Counted from the first letter of the whole stretch, positions 10,830 to 24,776 are shown. The stretch: DNA of 63,099 nucleotides, filler included, from Octopus bimaculoides (GCF_001194135.2; 7 parts of 7 records of this genome joined end to end with filler, not necessarily neighbours in it), one strand, 5' to 3'. Made by a program: numbers and translations. Notes: generated from the letters alone by a model not told the origin.

Positions 10830-12760
10830 TATATCTCACAGTATCGATCAGTCCATCAGCTGCTGTTATACACTGCTGGTCACAATGCGCTTCCAATTCT
10901 GTCTTGATTGCGTCACTCTTTTCCATCTTGACCGAAATTGTTAACTAAATCGTTTTCCTATCGTTGTGGAGGCATTCCAAGTAGCCTTTTGGATCTCTCG
11001 GCTGCCACTCAGCAACTGCATGGACCCACCTGTTCTCTGCGAACCTTGCAACATGTCTGTCTTAATGGAACTTGTGTTTTCGGTAGTCTGCGATCACATC
11101 GTTCATTCCGCTCCGTTCTCGAATTATCACGATCTTCGCCCATAACAAGCAATGATCACTGCCTGTGCTAAATGGCGCTTCTACTGAGATGTCTTCCAAT
11201 ACGTGTCGTTTATCTCCAATATACTCTCGTAATGATATTCCTAACATGAATCTTGCTATGATTCTTGGCAATCTATGTTCTATCCTCTTCGTAGTAGTCC
11301 ACGTCTCACTTGCAATATAAGACCACAGGCAGGACGGTGCAATTGAAGAGTCTGGCACGTATGGTATTGCCTAGCTTTGTTTTGAACACATCTCATATTA
11401 CGTTAAATGCCATCCATCCTGCCCTTATTCTCTTTGAGATTTCAGCATTCATATCTCGGCGCATATTTAATGTGTGCCCTAAGTAGCTGTACTCCTTTAT
11501 CTTCTCGATTTCACTGCTTCCCACTTCGATTCGGCCTTGTGCTACGTCTTGCGACCGCATATATTTTGTCTCCATGCAGTTCATTTTAAGATCTACTCAG
11601 AGCTTAGCAAAGCTCTGAGTGTCCACCTATGTTTGTTGGTCAGCAGCTGGTCTGTGGTTTCAGCGGTGCGTACAATGAATTTGCGAATCGGTGGTGTGTT
11701 AGTTACTTGCCATTGATGTTCATGCTACCAATCCAGTAAATGTCCTTGATGATCATTTCTAGACACGCGGTAAAAAGCTTTGGAGAGATGGTATCTCCTT
11801 TTTTGACACCTTTCTCAGGTGAGACCCTTTCTGGTGGTGATAGAGCTATATCTGTTGTGTTTCTGGAGTTGGCATCTCTGAGCCTTTTTCCCTCTAATTT
11901 CATCGATTACGATCATTGCTCGTTGCAAGTGATGAACACTGTCTATGCTGAATGGCGCTACTACTGAGACGTCCTGGATGTAGTCAATTTCATTTTTGTG
12001 TTGTGCGTTTGGGTTATCCATGGTCTATCTCCGTCCAGGTTGCTCCTGTAAACGTTGATCCAAACATAAGGTCTCCTTGTTTCTGCCATGGTAGCCAAAC
12101 GTTCGCCTCTTTTCTTTCTATTTCTTCATCTAAACTTACCAACATATTTCTCCCATCACTATAGTGCAAGTGGCTTTGTGAGTTCGCGCCGTCTCTATTT
12201 CTTGGTAGAATTCTTCCACTTCATTGTTTTCGTCCGTATTTGTGGGATCATAAGTCTGGATGATCTTCAGGGTGGCATTACTTGAGGGACGAACGTTTAG
12301 CACTCCGATGCGCGATAAAGGCAATTAACAAGGAACAGTTCTTGAAGTCCATTCCACACTTACGATAACTCCTATGCCACCTTCCACTTTTCTCAGTCTG
12401 TCAAGTCTGTCAACACTTCCATCAGTTCATCTAATATATTTCTTTCCTTCGACGTGTTTCACAGAGCCTTAGCACATCGCATATGATTTTCTTTTTCTCT
12501 TCCATTAGATTGGTCATTCCGGTGCTTTCTGCCAAAGACTTGAAGTTGTAGGTACACACGGCAAAGATTGTTATCCAATTCCTTGCTGGTCTATGGGTAC
12601 CTGAGAGTCTTAGCAGTCTCTCATCATTCGAATTTTGTTCGGCCGTCATGGAGGGTCCGATTGACCTGCAGGATGCCGAGGCCCATTTCCTCGCATTGTT
12701 TTAGCTTTTAAGATGAAGCCACTCCGCTGACTAGGCGGGCAGGCTATTTATTATATCATC
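10830..12760 (-). mobile_element. Rearranged, decayed RTE LINE (endonuclease plus RT fragments)
   Basis: EN N-terminus (VCTYNFKSL..CDVLRLCETRR), EN C-terminus (NEIDYI..VAPFSIDSVHHLQRA), RT (GVKKGDTISPKLFTACLE; KEYSYLG..EISKRIRAGWMAF), then a second EN C-terminus (VEAPFSTGSDHCLLWAKI). Confidence 0.85.
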
Positions 12761-13862
12761 TGTCTGGTAGCTGCAGGTCTTTTTGTTGTATATGCATACA
12801 TATTATAATTATTTTAGTTTGTCGTGTTTGTTTTCGTACTTGTCATGTACGTTCGTTAGCTATTCCCAGTGGCTTTTTGCAACTGGTGCCACCAAGAGCG
12901 AATGGTATCAACGATAACAGTGCAAAACAGTTATAATCTCTTCAAAGTTGACTGATGAGGAATTAGCTACGAATTTTCTGTTTGTTATGTTTTTGTTAAA
13001 CCCTTGAAATATTATTTATAAAACGCAACGCACTCCTTATATTTTTTTNNNNNNNNNNNNNNNNNNNNNNNNNNNNNNNNNNNNNNNNNNNNNNNNNNNN
13101 NNNNNNNNNNNNNNNNNNNNNNNNNNNNNNNNNNNNNNNNNNNNNNNNNNNNNNNNNNNNNNNNNNNNNNNNNNNNNNNNNNNNNNNNNNNNNNNNNNNN
13201 NNNNNNNNNNNNNNNNNNNNNNNNNNNNNNNNNNNNNNNNNNNNNNNNNNNNNNNNNNNNNNNNNNNNNNNNNNNNNNNNNNNNNNNNNNNNNNNNNNNN
13301 NNNNNNNNNNNNNNNNNNNNNNNNNNNNNNNNNNNNNNNNNNNNNNNNNNNNNNNNNNNNNNNNNNNNNNNNNNNNNNNNNNNNNNNNNNNNNNNNNNNN
13401 NNNNNNNNNNNNNNNNNNNNNNNNNNNNNNNNNNNNNNNNNNNNNNNNNNNNNNNNNNNNNNNNNNNNNNNNNNNNNNNNNNNNNNNNNNNNNNNNNNNN
13501 NNNNNNNNNNNNNNNNNNNNNNNNNNNNNNNNNNNNNNNNNNNNNNNNNNNNNNNNNNNNNNNNNNNNNNNNNNNNNNNNNNNNNNNNNNNNNNNNNNNN
13601 NNNNNNNNNNNNNNNNNNNNNNNNNNNNNNNNNNNNNNNNNNNNNNNNNNNNNNNNNNNNNNNNNNNNNNNNNNNNNNNNNNNNNNNNNNNNNNNNNNNN
13701 NNNNNNNNNNNNNNNNNNNNNNNNNNNNNNNNNNNNNNNNNNNNNNNNNNNNNNNNNNNNNNNNNNNNNNNNNNNNNNNNNNNNNNNNNNNNNNNNNNNN
13801 NNNNNNNNNNNNNNNNNNNNNNNNNNNNNNNNNNNNNNNNNNNNNNNNNNNNNNNNNNNNNN

Positions 13863-13914
<52 letters not shown>

Positions 13915-14569
13915 TTGGGTGAGAATATATAAAAAAGCGTAGAATAGATGCGGAGCAGATAAGCACTCAGACCAGTCCCAAGTCCTAAAGATCCAACACC
14001 ATGGGAGACATAATCCAGTCAAACTAGAGTTGGCTATAGAAAAGCACCGGTCGAGCTCATGGAAACAGAGATAAAATATAAAAATGGACAAGCAGTTGTT
14101 TATGGCAAGAAAGCATTTATAAATAATTTACATAAGCAGAAAGCAGGAATATAGTCCATGGTAGTCCTTCATAAATAGGTAGATATCCAGATATTTCATA
14201 AGCGAAAATACCATTGAGAAGGAAGAAGAAAATTCGGAGTCCTTTACAGCTGTTTCAGGGATGCGGTGACAACTAGATGCAGTAATGCGCATTATACATA
14301 CAGAAATATGTACTAAATTGGAGTCAACAAAGTATAAAATAAGTCAATTACAATATAATTGGGTTACCTCCACCCCTTCATCTGAAGGAATAATACAGCA
14401 GTTGAAGATATTGTATGTATGTATGTATGTATGTATGAATGTATATCTATCTATCTATCTATCTATATCAATATACACACATATACATATGCATACACAC
14501 ACACACACACACACATACATATGCACACACACATATGTATGTATGTATCTATCTATATATATATCGTGA

Positions 14570-14830
14570 AGTATATTTTCCACCTAAACGTGGCTAACCC
14601 TTAAGGGTCGATACTATTGTAGCTTGTAACTCCAGGAAGACATCTCCTCCAGCTGGCTATTGACACACTATCTGTGCCCTATCAGTATTTGCAAAGGGAA
14701 ATCATCGTTCCCATCTCCACCCTGACGTGATACACACGGACCCAAGTTTCTGTGTGTTGACCCATCATCAGCTTGTGACAACCACCGGTTGGCGATAGGA
14801 AGTGGTTCTCAATGCAAACATATATACTTT
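14570..14830 (-). mobile_element. Hammerhead-containing short non-coding element (retrozyme-like), relative of 58259-58677
   Basis: Shares the module ccac..gtggct(a/g)accc..ggg..ccagga(a/g)gacatctcctccagctggct with 58287-58365; HHR at the equivalent position; flanked by microsatellites. Confidence 0.7.
14733..14777 (-). ncRNA. Type I hammerhead ribozyme, intact core
   Basis: Minus strand reads CACAAG-CTGATGA-TGGGT-CAAC-ACACA-GAAA-CTTGGG-TC-CGTGTG. One mismatch each in stems I and II; GUC triplet. Confidence 0.7.
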
Positions 14831-16924
14831 TTCGAGTGACACACACACACACACACACACACACACANNNNNNNNNNNNNNNNNNNNNNNNNNNNNNNNN
14901 NNNNNNNNNNNTTAATTAATTAANNNNNNNNNNNNNNNNNNNNNNNNNNNNNNNNNNNNNNNNNNNNATACATACGGGTTTCAATATATGATATCATACA
15001 TATTAAACACAGTTTATCACATATAATGTTCCTCTTCGATAACCAACGTTTTTGAATGGTTCGCTATAATTTAATGCATCACTTCGTCAATATGTTGTGC
15101 GTTAGGCCTCCGGACAAATACTAGTGGACTCCCATTATTCTTTAAAATTGTACAACCAATAAAATAATTGGAACTAATTCTAACTCTGGGCTGAAATCCA
15201 GCTTTTCACCGTAGTAAAGTGCATTGTTATTCGGAAAGTGACAGTAGTTTTATGAAGTCGTTATGAGGGTGATACTGGTGTTGTTGATGATGATGTTGAT
15301 AATGCTGTTGATGACGATGATGATGATGACGACGAAGAGGATGATTTCGATGGATATTGATAAGAATTGCAATAACAATATTGATTCCGTTACCGCAACC
15401 ACCATATCCAACAACAGCAAAATGATGATCATAATAAATAAATGATAATAGTAATGATGATAATAATAGTAATGATGATGATGGTAATAATAATAATATA
15501 TCCATTTATTTACTACTAAGACACAATCATTCACTACAAATATTACAAGATATTACCAAGCGATGACAAGATGAGTGGAAATGCACATACAGTTACATAA
15601 AATCAATGATTGAGACAAAAACGTTATGCAATATACTAACTGTTTATAGTATTCCGAACGGAAATAAAATTAACGGAGAAACAGATAAAATATTCTCCAT
15701 ATTCGTGAGCGAGTATGTAAGTGTGCGTTTATGTGTTTGCATATGTGTGTGCACTTTTATTTATAATATAAATAAATGAATAGAAAAGGAATGCAATAAG
15801 GGGCAGCAGCCGAAATACTGGTTTAATTAATAAGCTCAATACTACTGGAAGAATTCCCCTCCTAATACTTGAAACAGATAGATCTAATCGGCGACGTGCC
15901 GTTTTCTGCGCCACGGAAGATTCCGATTTCCCCCATTTTTGGGGCCTGCTTCGCAAATTCTCAATCATATCGATGTTCTTTGATTTCCGGACCACTTTCT
16001 GCCGTCTTACCTTATGCTATTTAATACTTCTACTGGTGCTGTATGGAGTTTCTTATATATATTATTTATAATGTGCCAAGAGGAATGTGTACACTCTTTT
16101 GAAACGCTGAAAATTTCATATCTGGAATTCAGCAGTGCAGTGGTGAAAAGTGGCTGCATCGCGCTATGTGAAGGTGTTTTCAAATATAGCTATGCTAAAG
16201 AACACATGTGCAAAATAAAGCCACTAAGTCAAATAACCAAGTGTGTGGTTTGGAATCTAACGTCACACGACATACAAGAATTTCGAAGACAGAAATGTCC
16301 GACAGGATAAACTATGGTCAGAAATGCATCAATCGTATCAGGAAGGATATAAATAGCAAACTCATCAAACCGACACATTAATAGAAATAGAATGTCCTAT
16401 ATTTTTCTTTATATGCATACACGCGTACATACATTCAAATATATCATGTGAGGGTGTGGCGTAGGAGGGGTTGACACTAGAGAGAGAGTGATGATTCCGA
16501 CATTATTTTTTCAGATTCAGAATACATCAGACTACATTTGTAAGGTATCATTTCTCTGCGAAGGTAGTTCTTAACAATGATGTAGACTTTCTTGTCTTTA
16601 GTTGCTGTATCATCTTTGAAAAATAATATATTGTTTTCCATTAGTCTTAGTCTAGAGAGTTAGTCGGAAAGACATAAAATTAAATATCTTCTGGACATGA
16701 AATTCCCATCATTTTCAAATAGTGTTTATTCATTTATATATTATAAAATGTCTTTTACCGCTGAAGGTGGAGCGCGTGATATCAAGGGATGTAGACTGCT
16801 ATAACTATCGGGTTCAGTGACTTTATACAAGATTCCTTATTGGCAAACGCTTATGAGTGAGCCGATGGGTTGTCCTGACAGATATTAAGGTCTTGGTGAC
16901 TATAGTATATTTTAGTATTTATAA

Positions 16925-17355
16925 ATAATCTTTTCTACTCTAGGCACAAGGCCGGAAATATTTGGGAAGCCGGGGCCAGTCGACTAGATCTACCCCAGTA
17001 CGCAACTGGTATTTAATTTATCGACCCCCAAGAGGATGAAAGGTAAAGTCGGTTTCCGTGTAATTTGAACTCAGAACGTAAAGACAGACGAAACACCGCT
17101 GAGCATTTCGCCCGGCGTGCTATGGTTTATTATTTGTTTTTTTGCCCACAAGGGGCTTAACATAGAGAGGACAAACAAGGATAGACAAAGGGATTAAGTC
17201 GATTACATCGACCCCAGTGCGTAACTGTTACTCGAGTTATCGACCCCGAAAGGATGAACGGCAAAGTCGACCTCGGCGGAATTTGAGCCCAGAACCTAAC
17301 AGCAGACGAAATACCGCTAAGCATTTTGCCCGGCGTGCTAACGTTTCTGCCATCT
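16925..17355 (-). mobile_element. Two head-to-tail short SINE copies
   Basis: Two successive copies of gtcgattacatcgaccccag...gtgctaacgtttctgcc, each with a different tail variant. Confidence 0.85.
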
Positions 17356-20300
17356 AGCCTCTTTGGTATTTATCAATACTATCTTGCCGTGACGGTTGTC
17401 TTTATTGATCCCTACTGTCTTGTATCACTTAAAATATTGCATTCTGAACCAGTTGTACGACTTATTACGGTAGTTTACGATTTCTATGGTCTTTTTCTCG
17501 TATAACGGTTCAAATTAACATACAATCACGTTTGCAGAATCAATAAATTCAAATATGGCACAGTATACAGTTTTAAACCACTACATAGGCACTTCATTGT
17601 GTACGCGTTTCTTGATTTCCTCTTTACCCAAAAAAACTTTTTCCGTCATTAATTTAATATTCTTAACACGACTTTGTCAAACTTATTTTTAACCTATTCT
17701 CGATCATACTACACTTCTTAAAGGTTATTTTTTTCTCGCTAACGTAGTTTATTTTTATTTGCTTAAGTTTTCAGTTGATTGGCTGTTAGTTAACTCAATG
17801 TGTTCAGAAGAAAAAATAATAATTTTGTTTGTTTCAAGTTACATTTTTTAAACTTTTAACAAAGGTGATGGCTTTATGTGTGTGGCGTAAGCTGTTGCTG
17901 TTTACATATAAGTAACTGCAGCTGTGTCTATTTATTGCATTCTTGCAGCAATGTTCTTGTCATTTTTATTAAAATAGTTAATATGATGTTGAAATTGTTA
18001 AAGAGTTTGAATTAAATGTGTTTTTGTTTCTTCTAGAGAGGCCGTGATCTAGTTGATTGATAGTTGCTAAACTAACTCACTCAGCAAAATATGTTCATTT
18101 AACATTAACCCATGTAAGTAAAATAAGCTTAGTAAGCAAACGTTCAGTCGACTAAATTGCTTTTGCCTTTGATATAAAGACTTATTCTCCATATATGCCG
18201 ACACCAAGTAGTTAAGTTATTTCGCTTACAATTTCAAGTTGATTTTAGCTTTCTCTAGCTTCTCATTAACAACCTATTTACTGCGAAAGAGTTTCTACTC
18301 AAGTAGTGAAATAGCTGTGCTATTTGCCTTGTGCACAATTATATAACTTATATANNNNNNNNNNNNNNNNNNNNNNNNNNNNNNNNNNNNNNNNNNNNNN
18401 NNNNNNNNNNNNNNNNNNNNNNNNNNNNNNNNNNNNNNNNNNNNNNNNNNNNNNNNNNNNNNNNNNNNNNNNNNNNNNNNNNNNNNNNNNNNNNNNNNNN
18501 NATATATATATATATACCGAGAATGTAAGGAATGAGAAAGGTAAGTAAATACTACATATGTTTCATAGCTAAACAATACTTGTTACATAAATTTTAACGT
18601 ATACACAACACACTTTAACTAATGCTTGGGTTTAAACGTTTGCATGGAAATGAGTGAATGATTCGCTAATTTAATCACAACGAAAATTGAATGTTGAAAA
18701 AGCAAAATCAAATGACAAATGAAATTATTTCATAGTAGGCAAGTAGGTTTAAAAGGGAAAAAATAGTGAGTCTGTTTATACATGACAGTTCACCGAAAAG
18801 AAAGAGCGAATTTGGGGAAAGTGTTAGTAAGAACAAAAGTGTATGCGGGATAAGAGAGTCTCTAGACGGGGCAATAAATTCATTAACTTCTGGCGTCGAC
18901 GACACTAGGACTGCAGAACTGATTGAACATTAATCTTCGCGATAATGTGTGGAAATTAAGACGTGTGATGGAGAAAATATCACTATTCTGAAGAATAATT
19001 TAGAACTTTGTTAAATTTCTCTCAAGACAAAATTCAAAGTTTAGGGTAATCAGCTTCGCTATTGATCCAACAATGACGATGTATTGTGCAATATATCCCA
19101 GGATCGGAGAATAAGATTGGATGACCATGGATGAAACATCTCGCAATGTAGATGTAGTTGGTCAATACTGATTTACGGATAAGCAACTACAGCAAAACCT
19201 CAGCCAACCATTATCATGTAGTTTTAAATAAAAGTACTAACTTTCAAGAAGTAGAAAAGAAACAGTAAATTTGGGAAACTGGCAGAGTTACAGATTTCAC
19301 AGCTAAACTAAATTATATTTGAAAAATGCTCGGATCTATTCCAAATAATTCGATATTGTACACAGTCCAATAAGCAGAACACTTGGAAAATCGTTACCGC
19401 ACTTTTCAATATAATATGAACTACATGGTATCAAGGTTAGGTCAACTAAAAATGTTCTATTCCATTATTCCATAAATGCGTTTCATAACAACTTGAAATA
19501 AAAAATTAAGATATTATTAAATATCATTTTCAATGATAGCAATAGAGTCATCATGAAAATGAAATAATTAAGCTAGCGGAGTAATTTGCTGAGAATAAAG
19601 AATAAGATGGAAGTTTCGTTTACAGACAAATCTCATGTTAGTTGTTTTAGCTTTACAATTAGGAATTTAGCCTCGAGTGTTTTCCCTTGACAAAGGATTG
19701 TGCGAGGATAAATAACATATAAATTTAAAGAAAATTTAAAGTATCTTCAAAGAAATCAAATCATCAAAGAATCGTGTAAAATCATATGATTTTCTTGTGT
19801 TAAAATTGCCAGAAGCAGAGGATGTACAACATAGATAGGAATTACAGATTATGACAACTGATTATTCAAAATTATCGGTATGACACTTCCTTATGGGATA
19901 AATATGGGTGTTTATTGTTTTCAGCTTTTCTTTATATCAATGAAAGTGTTTATAAAAATCACCTATTTGAAAATCATGTAAGCATACAACGGGCTTAGTC
20001 GACCGTGCAAAATAGCAAGGACCAGTACAACGAATATTTAATATTAGTATATAACTGGATGCGACGGACAGGTATCCCGTTCTGGTGGGGGACCTATACG
20101 CCAATGAAACTGGGAAAACCGGCCCTTATGAGCCAGAGATGGCTCAAGAAGGAACAAAGAACAACAGCAACGCTATAACTGACAGATACAAATAACCAGC
20201 CGCATAGGCAATCAAGTGTTCAGTAAATACTGTAACTGTACCATTTGTTTTATTCTTTTTTGTGCGTTTCAATCATTTGACTGCGGCCATCCTGGAACAT

Positions 20301-22527
20301 CGACGTTTAGTCGAGCAAATCGACCCCAAGACTTATTCTTTGTAAGACTAGTACTTATTCAATCGGTCTGTTTTGCCGAACCACTAAGTTACGGGGACGT
20401 AAACACATCATCATCGGTTCTCAAGCGATATTGCGGGAAAAGTACCTTGTGAAGTAAAATCTAGTTGGTTAAGACCTGAGTTAAAGTTTCCCCCAAGGTC
20501 AGCTCACCTTCCCTCCTTCCGGTGTCGATATAATAAAATACCAGCTACACATTGTATGCATGTAAAACTGATTAGTCTCCTACCCCCACATATCACTTGC
20601 CTTCTGACAAGATGAGGGGGAAAAAATATCACTGCTGCCAACATGACGATAAACACTGGATATGTGAATTTGTTTATCACGCAATTCTTTTCAGAAACCT
20701 AAATAAATCCATTTCTATATTCCTGACTGGATGTATACATTATCAGTGAAAGGAGGAATGGCTATATTTTTTCTTGGAATAGACAAGCTTTATGAATGTT
20801 ACATTTACGCGAAATCACACACAGCCATAGTAAAATAATCATTCATTTGCTTAGGTTTAAACTTTGAGGTTTTCTCATCTTCGTGTTATTACATGTGCTT
20901 GATGATTGTGAAATGAAACGCGAACAGCAACGCCAAGATAAACAAAACAATGTACACTTTATTCACTGCAAAATTCTGTAGAAACCTGCGGGAATATTCC
21001 AATTCAAGAAATAGCATAAACTTTAGCCCAAAGTATTTCTTTTAATGACTGAAGAAGACACATACACTATATATATATATATATATATNNNNNNNNNNNN
21101 NNNNNNNNNNNNNNNNNNNNNNNNNNNNNNNNNNNNNNNNNNNNNNNNNNNNNNNNNNNNNNNNNNNNNNNNNNNNNNNNNNNNNNNNNTATATAGTGTG
21201 TGTGTGTAATGGATTGTCTTTCCGTGAACGATAAATGAGGCTTCAGTAATATAAAGCGTTAATCGTGTTTTATATATACAAGTATGTATTTCTTAAGGCC
21301 TGCCTGTACCTTACAAACCTTTTTGAAAATGAAATAAGTTGGTCACCCAGTTTGCTTGAGTGCTTGTGGATCATTCACTATGTGTTTCCTTGTGTGGACG
21401 GCAAGTCCTGCTTTACTTCGTGCCACAAACCACAATGGCAGGTAAGGTTTTCATTTAGAGGAGCACCGTTCCGTCAGCGTGCCTTCATACTTGCAGGAAG
21501 TTGGTCCCAATGTCGGAGTCGACTTTTATGTTTGTATACGAGAAGCAATTTTTTCATTTATTTCAACATGTCTAGTGCAAGTGAACTGCTTACTGTCAAC
21601 TGTAAAATGTGATGACTAACGGATTGATGTTTGTTAAAATATGCATAACACCAAACGCCACTGTATTTAAAGTATGACTTTTAAAGCCACCAGTTTTAAC
21701 CATATACATTAAATCTGCGATCTCCTGGTTGGGGTAAATGTTCGTGAGTAAAAGATAAAAGAACAACTCTAAGGCAGTTAATTAATGATAATACAACTCT
21801 CTAACTAGAATCCGTAGAGTGTAAATCTGGTCATATCTCTCAATAATATTTATTTTTGTATCGGTAATGAAATCCACTAACAGAACTAGTATTGGTGTGT
21901 AACACGTATTTGGTACTTAGCCATTCGAGAAACAAAATTCTTCACATAGAATATACCGTTAGAACAACAGCTGTGGATAAAAGCGAAATGAATTCGTTAC
22001 GATTAATTTGACAATGGCTATTAAAGAATAGATTCCAATAAGTTATTATTAAGTGTGTAAATGAAACATTGTGTAAGGTTTTATACAGCATTGAACAAGA
22101 AGTGAAATAGTTTCTTAAATAATGTATAAAGCTGAAATATTCACTGGCAAATAATACTCCCAATGTGAATAAGAAATAGATGAATTTTGATAGTTCGCAA
22201 AACGGCCACTTAATAATATTTGACATTTATATGACAAGTTGGAGCAATAACGCGTTCTAAATATGTTTAAAGATATTAGTTTTATCCTATATTATATAGG
22301 ATACTGTAGAGACATATTAAAATACAATAAAGATACATATCGTGCAAGTATATCAAGATCCTGGATGGAGTGCCGTCAGTTGCGGTCATTTACAGTGCTT
22401 CATTATATTTCTGCTGCATCATCTACTGTTGCTAATATTCGCATGAAATATCTAGCCCACATATTATTATACATGCGCGTATATAAACTTATATATATAT
22501 ACACATATATACACGCACACACACATA

Positions 22528-23385
22528 CTGTGTGCGATGGGTAAACTGTCACCCATTTATATTTTTAATTTCGCGATTGCGTATCGTTCGTTTTTGGTTT
22601 TGTCGACTACACTGTATAGTGGGGTCGTATGGGCACCGTCTGTGAGAAACACTGAACCACGCCGCAATTCACCCCGCTGTACTGTTTGGCATTCCCACCA
22701 GAAACTCAACTACGAACAGCTAGTGAACGCACAGAACAACCGTTGACTTGCGTATCCCCAAATCAAGTACCGTGAGCGAGAAAAATTAAACATCCAGTCA
22801 ACGTATTGGTGTTTGGAATGATCACTGGTGATGGCGACGTTATTCCTCCATTCATCTTGCCCCACGCCCTCAGAATCAACACAGAGGCCTACATCAAATG
22901 CCTGGAGGAAGTAGTACTACCCTGGGTCAAGAGGGTGGCTGCTGGAATACTCTGTCTGGTAACAGGACTCTGTACCATGTCACTCAAGCAGGAGAGCCCA
23001 GTCATGTCTATCAGACAATTTCTGCACCCACATCACCCTGAACATCTGTCCACCTAACTCCCCAGACTGCAAACCGCTTCATTATATGTTGGGCGCAGTT
23101 GAACGAGAGACAAACAAAACTCCTTGTAACACCAAAAATGAACTGAAGGCAAGGATTATGGCAGCATTCACTAACGTAAAGGAGATTGTCCAGAAGAGTT
23201 GCAGGAGACTCCGAAGTCGTCTGAAGGCCGTGGTTGAAATCAATGGCAATTTTATTGAATAAATTTACTCTTTAGCATTTCGAGATATTTTTATGTACTT
23301 TTGGTAAATACATCTGTTAAAATAAGTTGTCAGTGTTAATTTCATTTTTGCGTAATTTAGATGACAGTTTATTAATCGCATATTG
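22528..23385 (+). mobile_element. Internally deleted maT-type (DD37D) Tc1/mariner transposon, copy 1
   Basis: Imperfect ~28-bp TIRs flanked by TA; transposase remnant VFGMITGDGDVIPPFILPHALRINTEAYIKCLEEVV; homologous along its length to 32272-33153. Confidence 0.85.
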
Positions 23386-24469
23386 TACGTTTTGTTTGTG
23401 TTTGCGTACGTTTTAGATCATAAATATCGATTATTATTGCTATATTTATCAAGTAACGTTTAAGTTCTATAAAATAACTTCAGTCTAATAATGCTAAACA
23501 TTGAAAAGTCAAAATTAATTGTTCGGCACAAAGAAATCATGTTTGATTATATACCGGTTTTGTTTTTCTAATATAGTTTTAAATAACTAAAATTATCATT
23601 TGTTTAAAATATTATCTTTATTCCTACTGTGTTAAATATACCGCTACCAGTATATAATGATACAATCTCCTGATATATTTGTTTTTAATTATTTTCCTTC
23701 ATTATACGACGTGTGTTATAAAACACCAAATTCAAATTCGACGTATGAATATATCCGTTTGAATTCAGATATCATTAGTCTGTTCTTTTTGCATTAATAT
23801 TTGCTGATGGTGTTTTCTTCTTTCGTATCTGATGGTATTTTGTGGATATTTTATATTACTTTATCAGTCCCCTGAAGCTAGTCCAGACGTAACTGCACAT
23901 ACAAATATAGAAGTGACCTTACACACATAATTTGGATAATATCTCGCACCTGCTATATTACATGCCTTCTCTTTTTATTCTTGTTTTGTTTGTTGGTTTC
24001 TTATAGTTCTTAAAGTTTATACCACTGCTAGTTTCTTATATTTTTATAGTTTATACCAATGCATGTGTTTATAAGTTTTGTCAAAGTTGTTTGTTATTTC
24101 ATTTTATACACATGCATTTTAAGATACGTATATACTCAGTGGGTTTCGCATGACTGCAAATATAGTTCTCAATTTCACAGCATGGATCTGCCCCAGACTA
24201 TGAAAGAAAATATTTACTGGAAGTACCCGTCAAGATGGTTGAAACTGAAACCACAGTTATAATTTTACTGTTTTATGTGAACATTTTACCAGTTCCATTT
24301 TCATTATTATCCAAACTCATTCATTATGACCCCACGCTTTTTATTATAACCGTTTTTTTCCCAATTGAATATTTTTATCTATTTTAATCTCTGTTTTACT
24401 ATTATCCTTTTGATTTCATATAATAGTGTTATGGTATGCTATCTATTGAGTAATTAATTTTAAATGTTG

Positions 24470-24660
24470 GTTTCAAATTTTAGTACAATGCGAACAGTTT
24501 AGTGGGAGGTGGTAAGTCGATTACATTGACCGACTGATACTTATTTTATCGACCCCGAAATTATGAAGTCGGCCTCGGTGGAATTTCAACTCAGAATGTA
24601 AAGCCGAACGAAATGCCGATATTAATTTTGCTCGACGTGTATACAATTCTGCTGGCTAGC
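24470..24660 (-). mobile_element. Short SINE copy
   Basis: gtcgattacattgacc..tttatcgaccccgaa..ggaatttcaactcagaa, same family as 513-722. Confidence 0.8.
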
Positions 24661-24776
24661 CTCTTTATTTATTTTTAATGTTAATAATTGAATAATATGG
24701 AACGATTCAACTACATAGTCATGTAAATAAGCACACACGCGCGCACACATACATAATTGTGAATATAGGAGTAAGG

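Noticed and set aside
12660-12782. 9-bp inverted repeat GACCTGCAG/CTGCAGGTC in the RTE 5' region as a possible HDV-like ribozyme
   Set aside because: I could not fit P2, P3, L3 and J4/2 in the canonical nested double pseudoknot order on the element's sense strand.
18700-20160. Possible decayed coding or retroelement sequence
   Set aside because: Stops in all frames and no motif I could recognise; only the last ~100 nt look like a retroelement tail.
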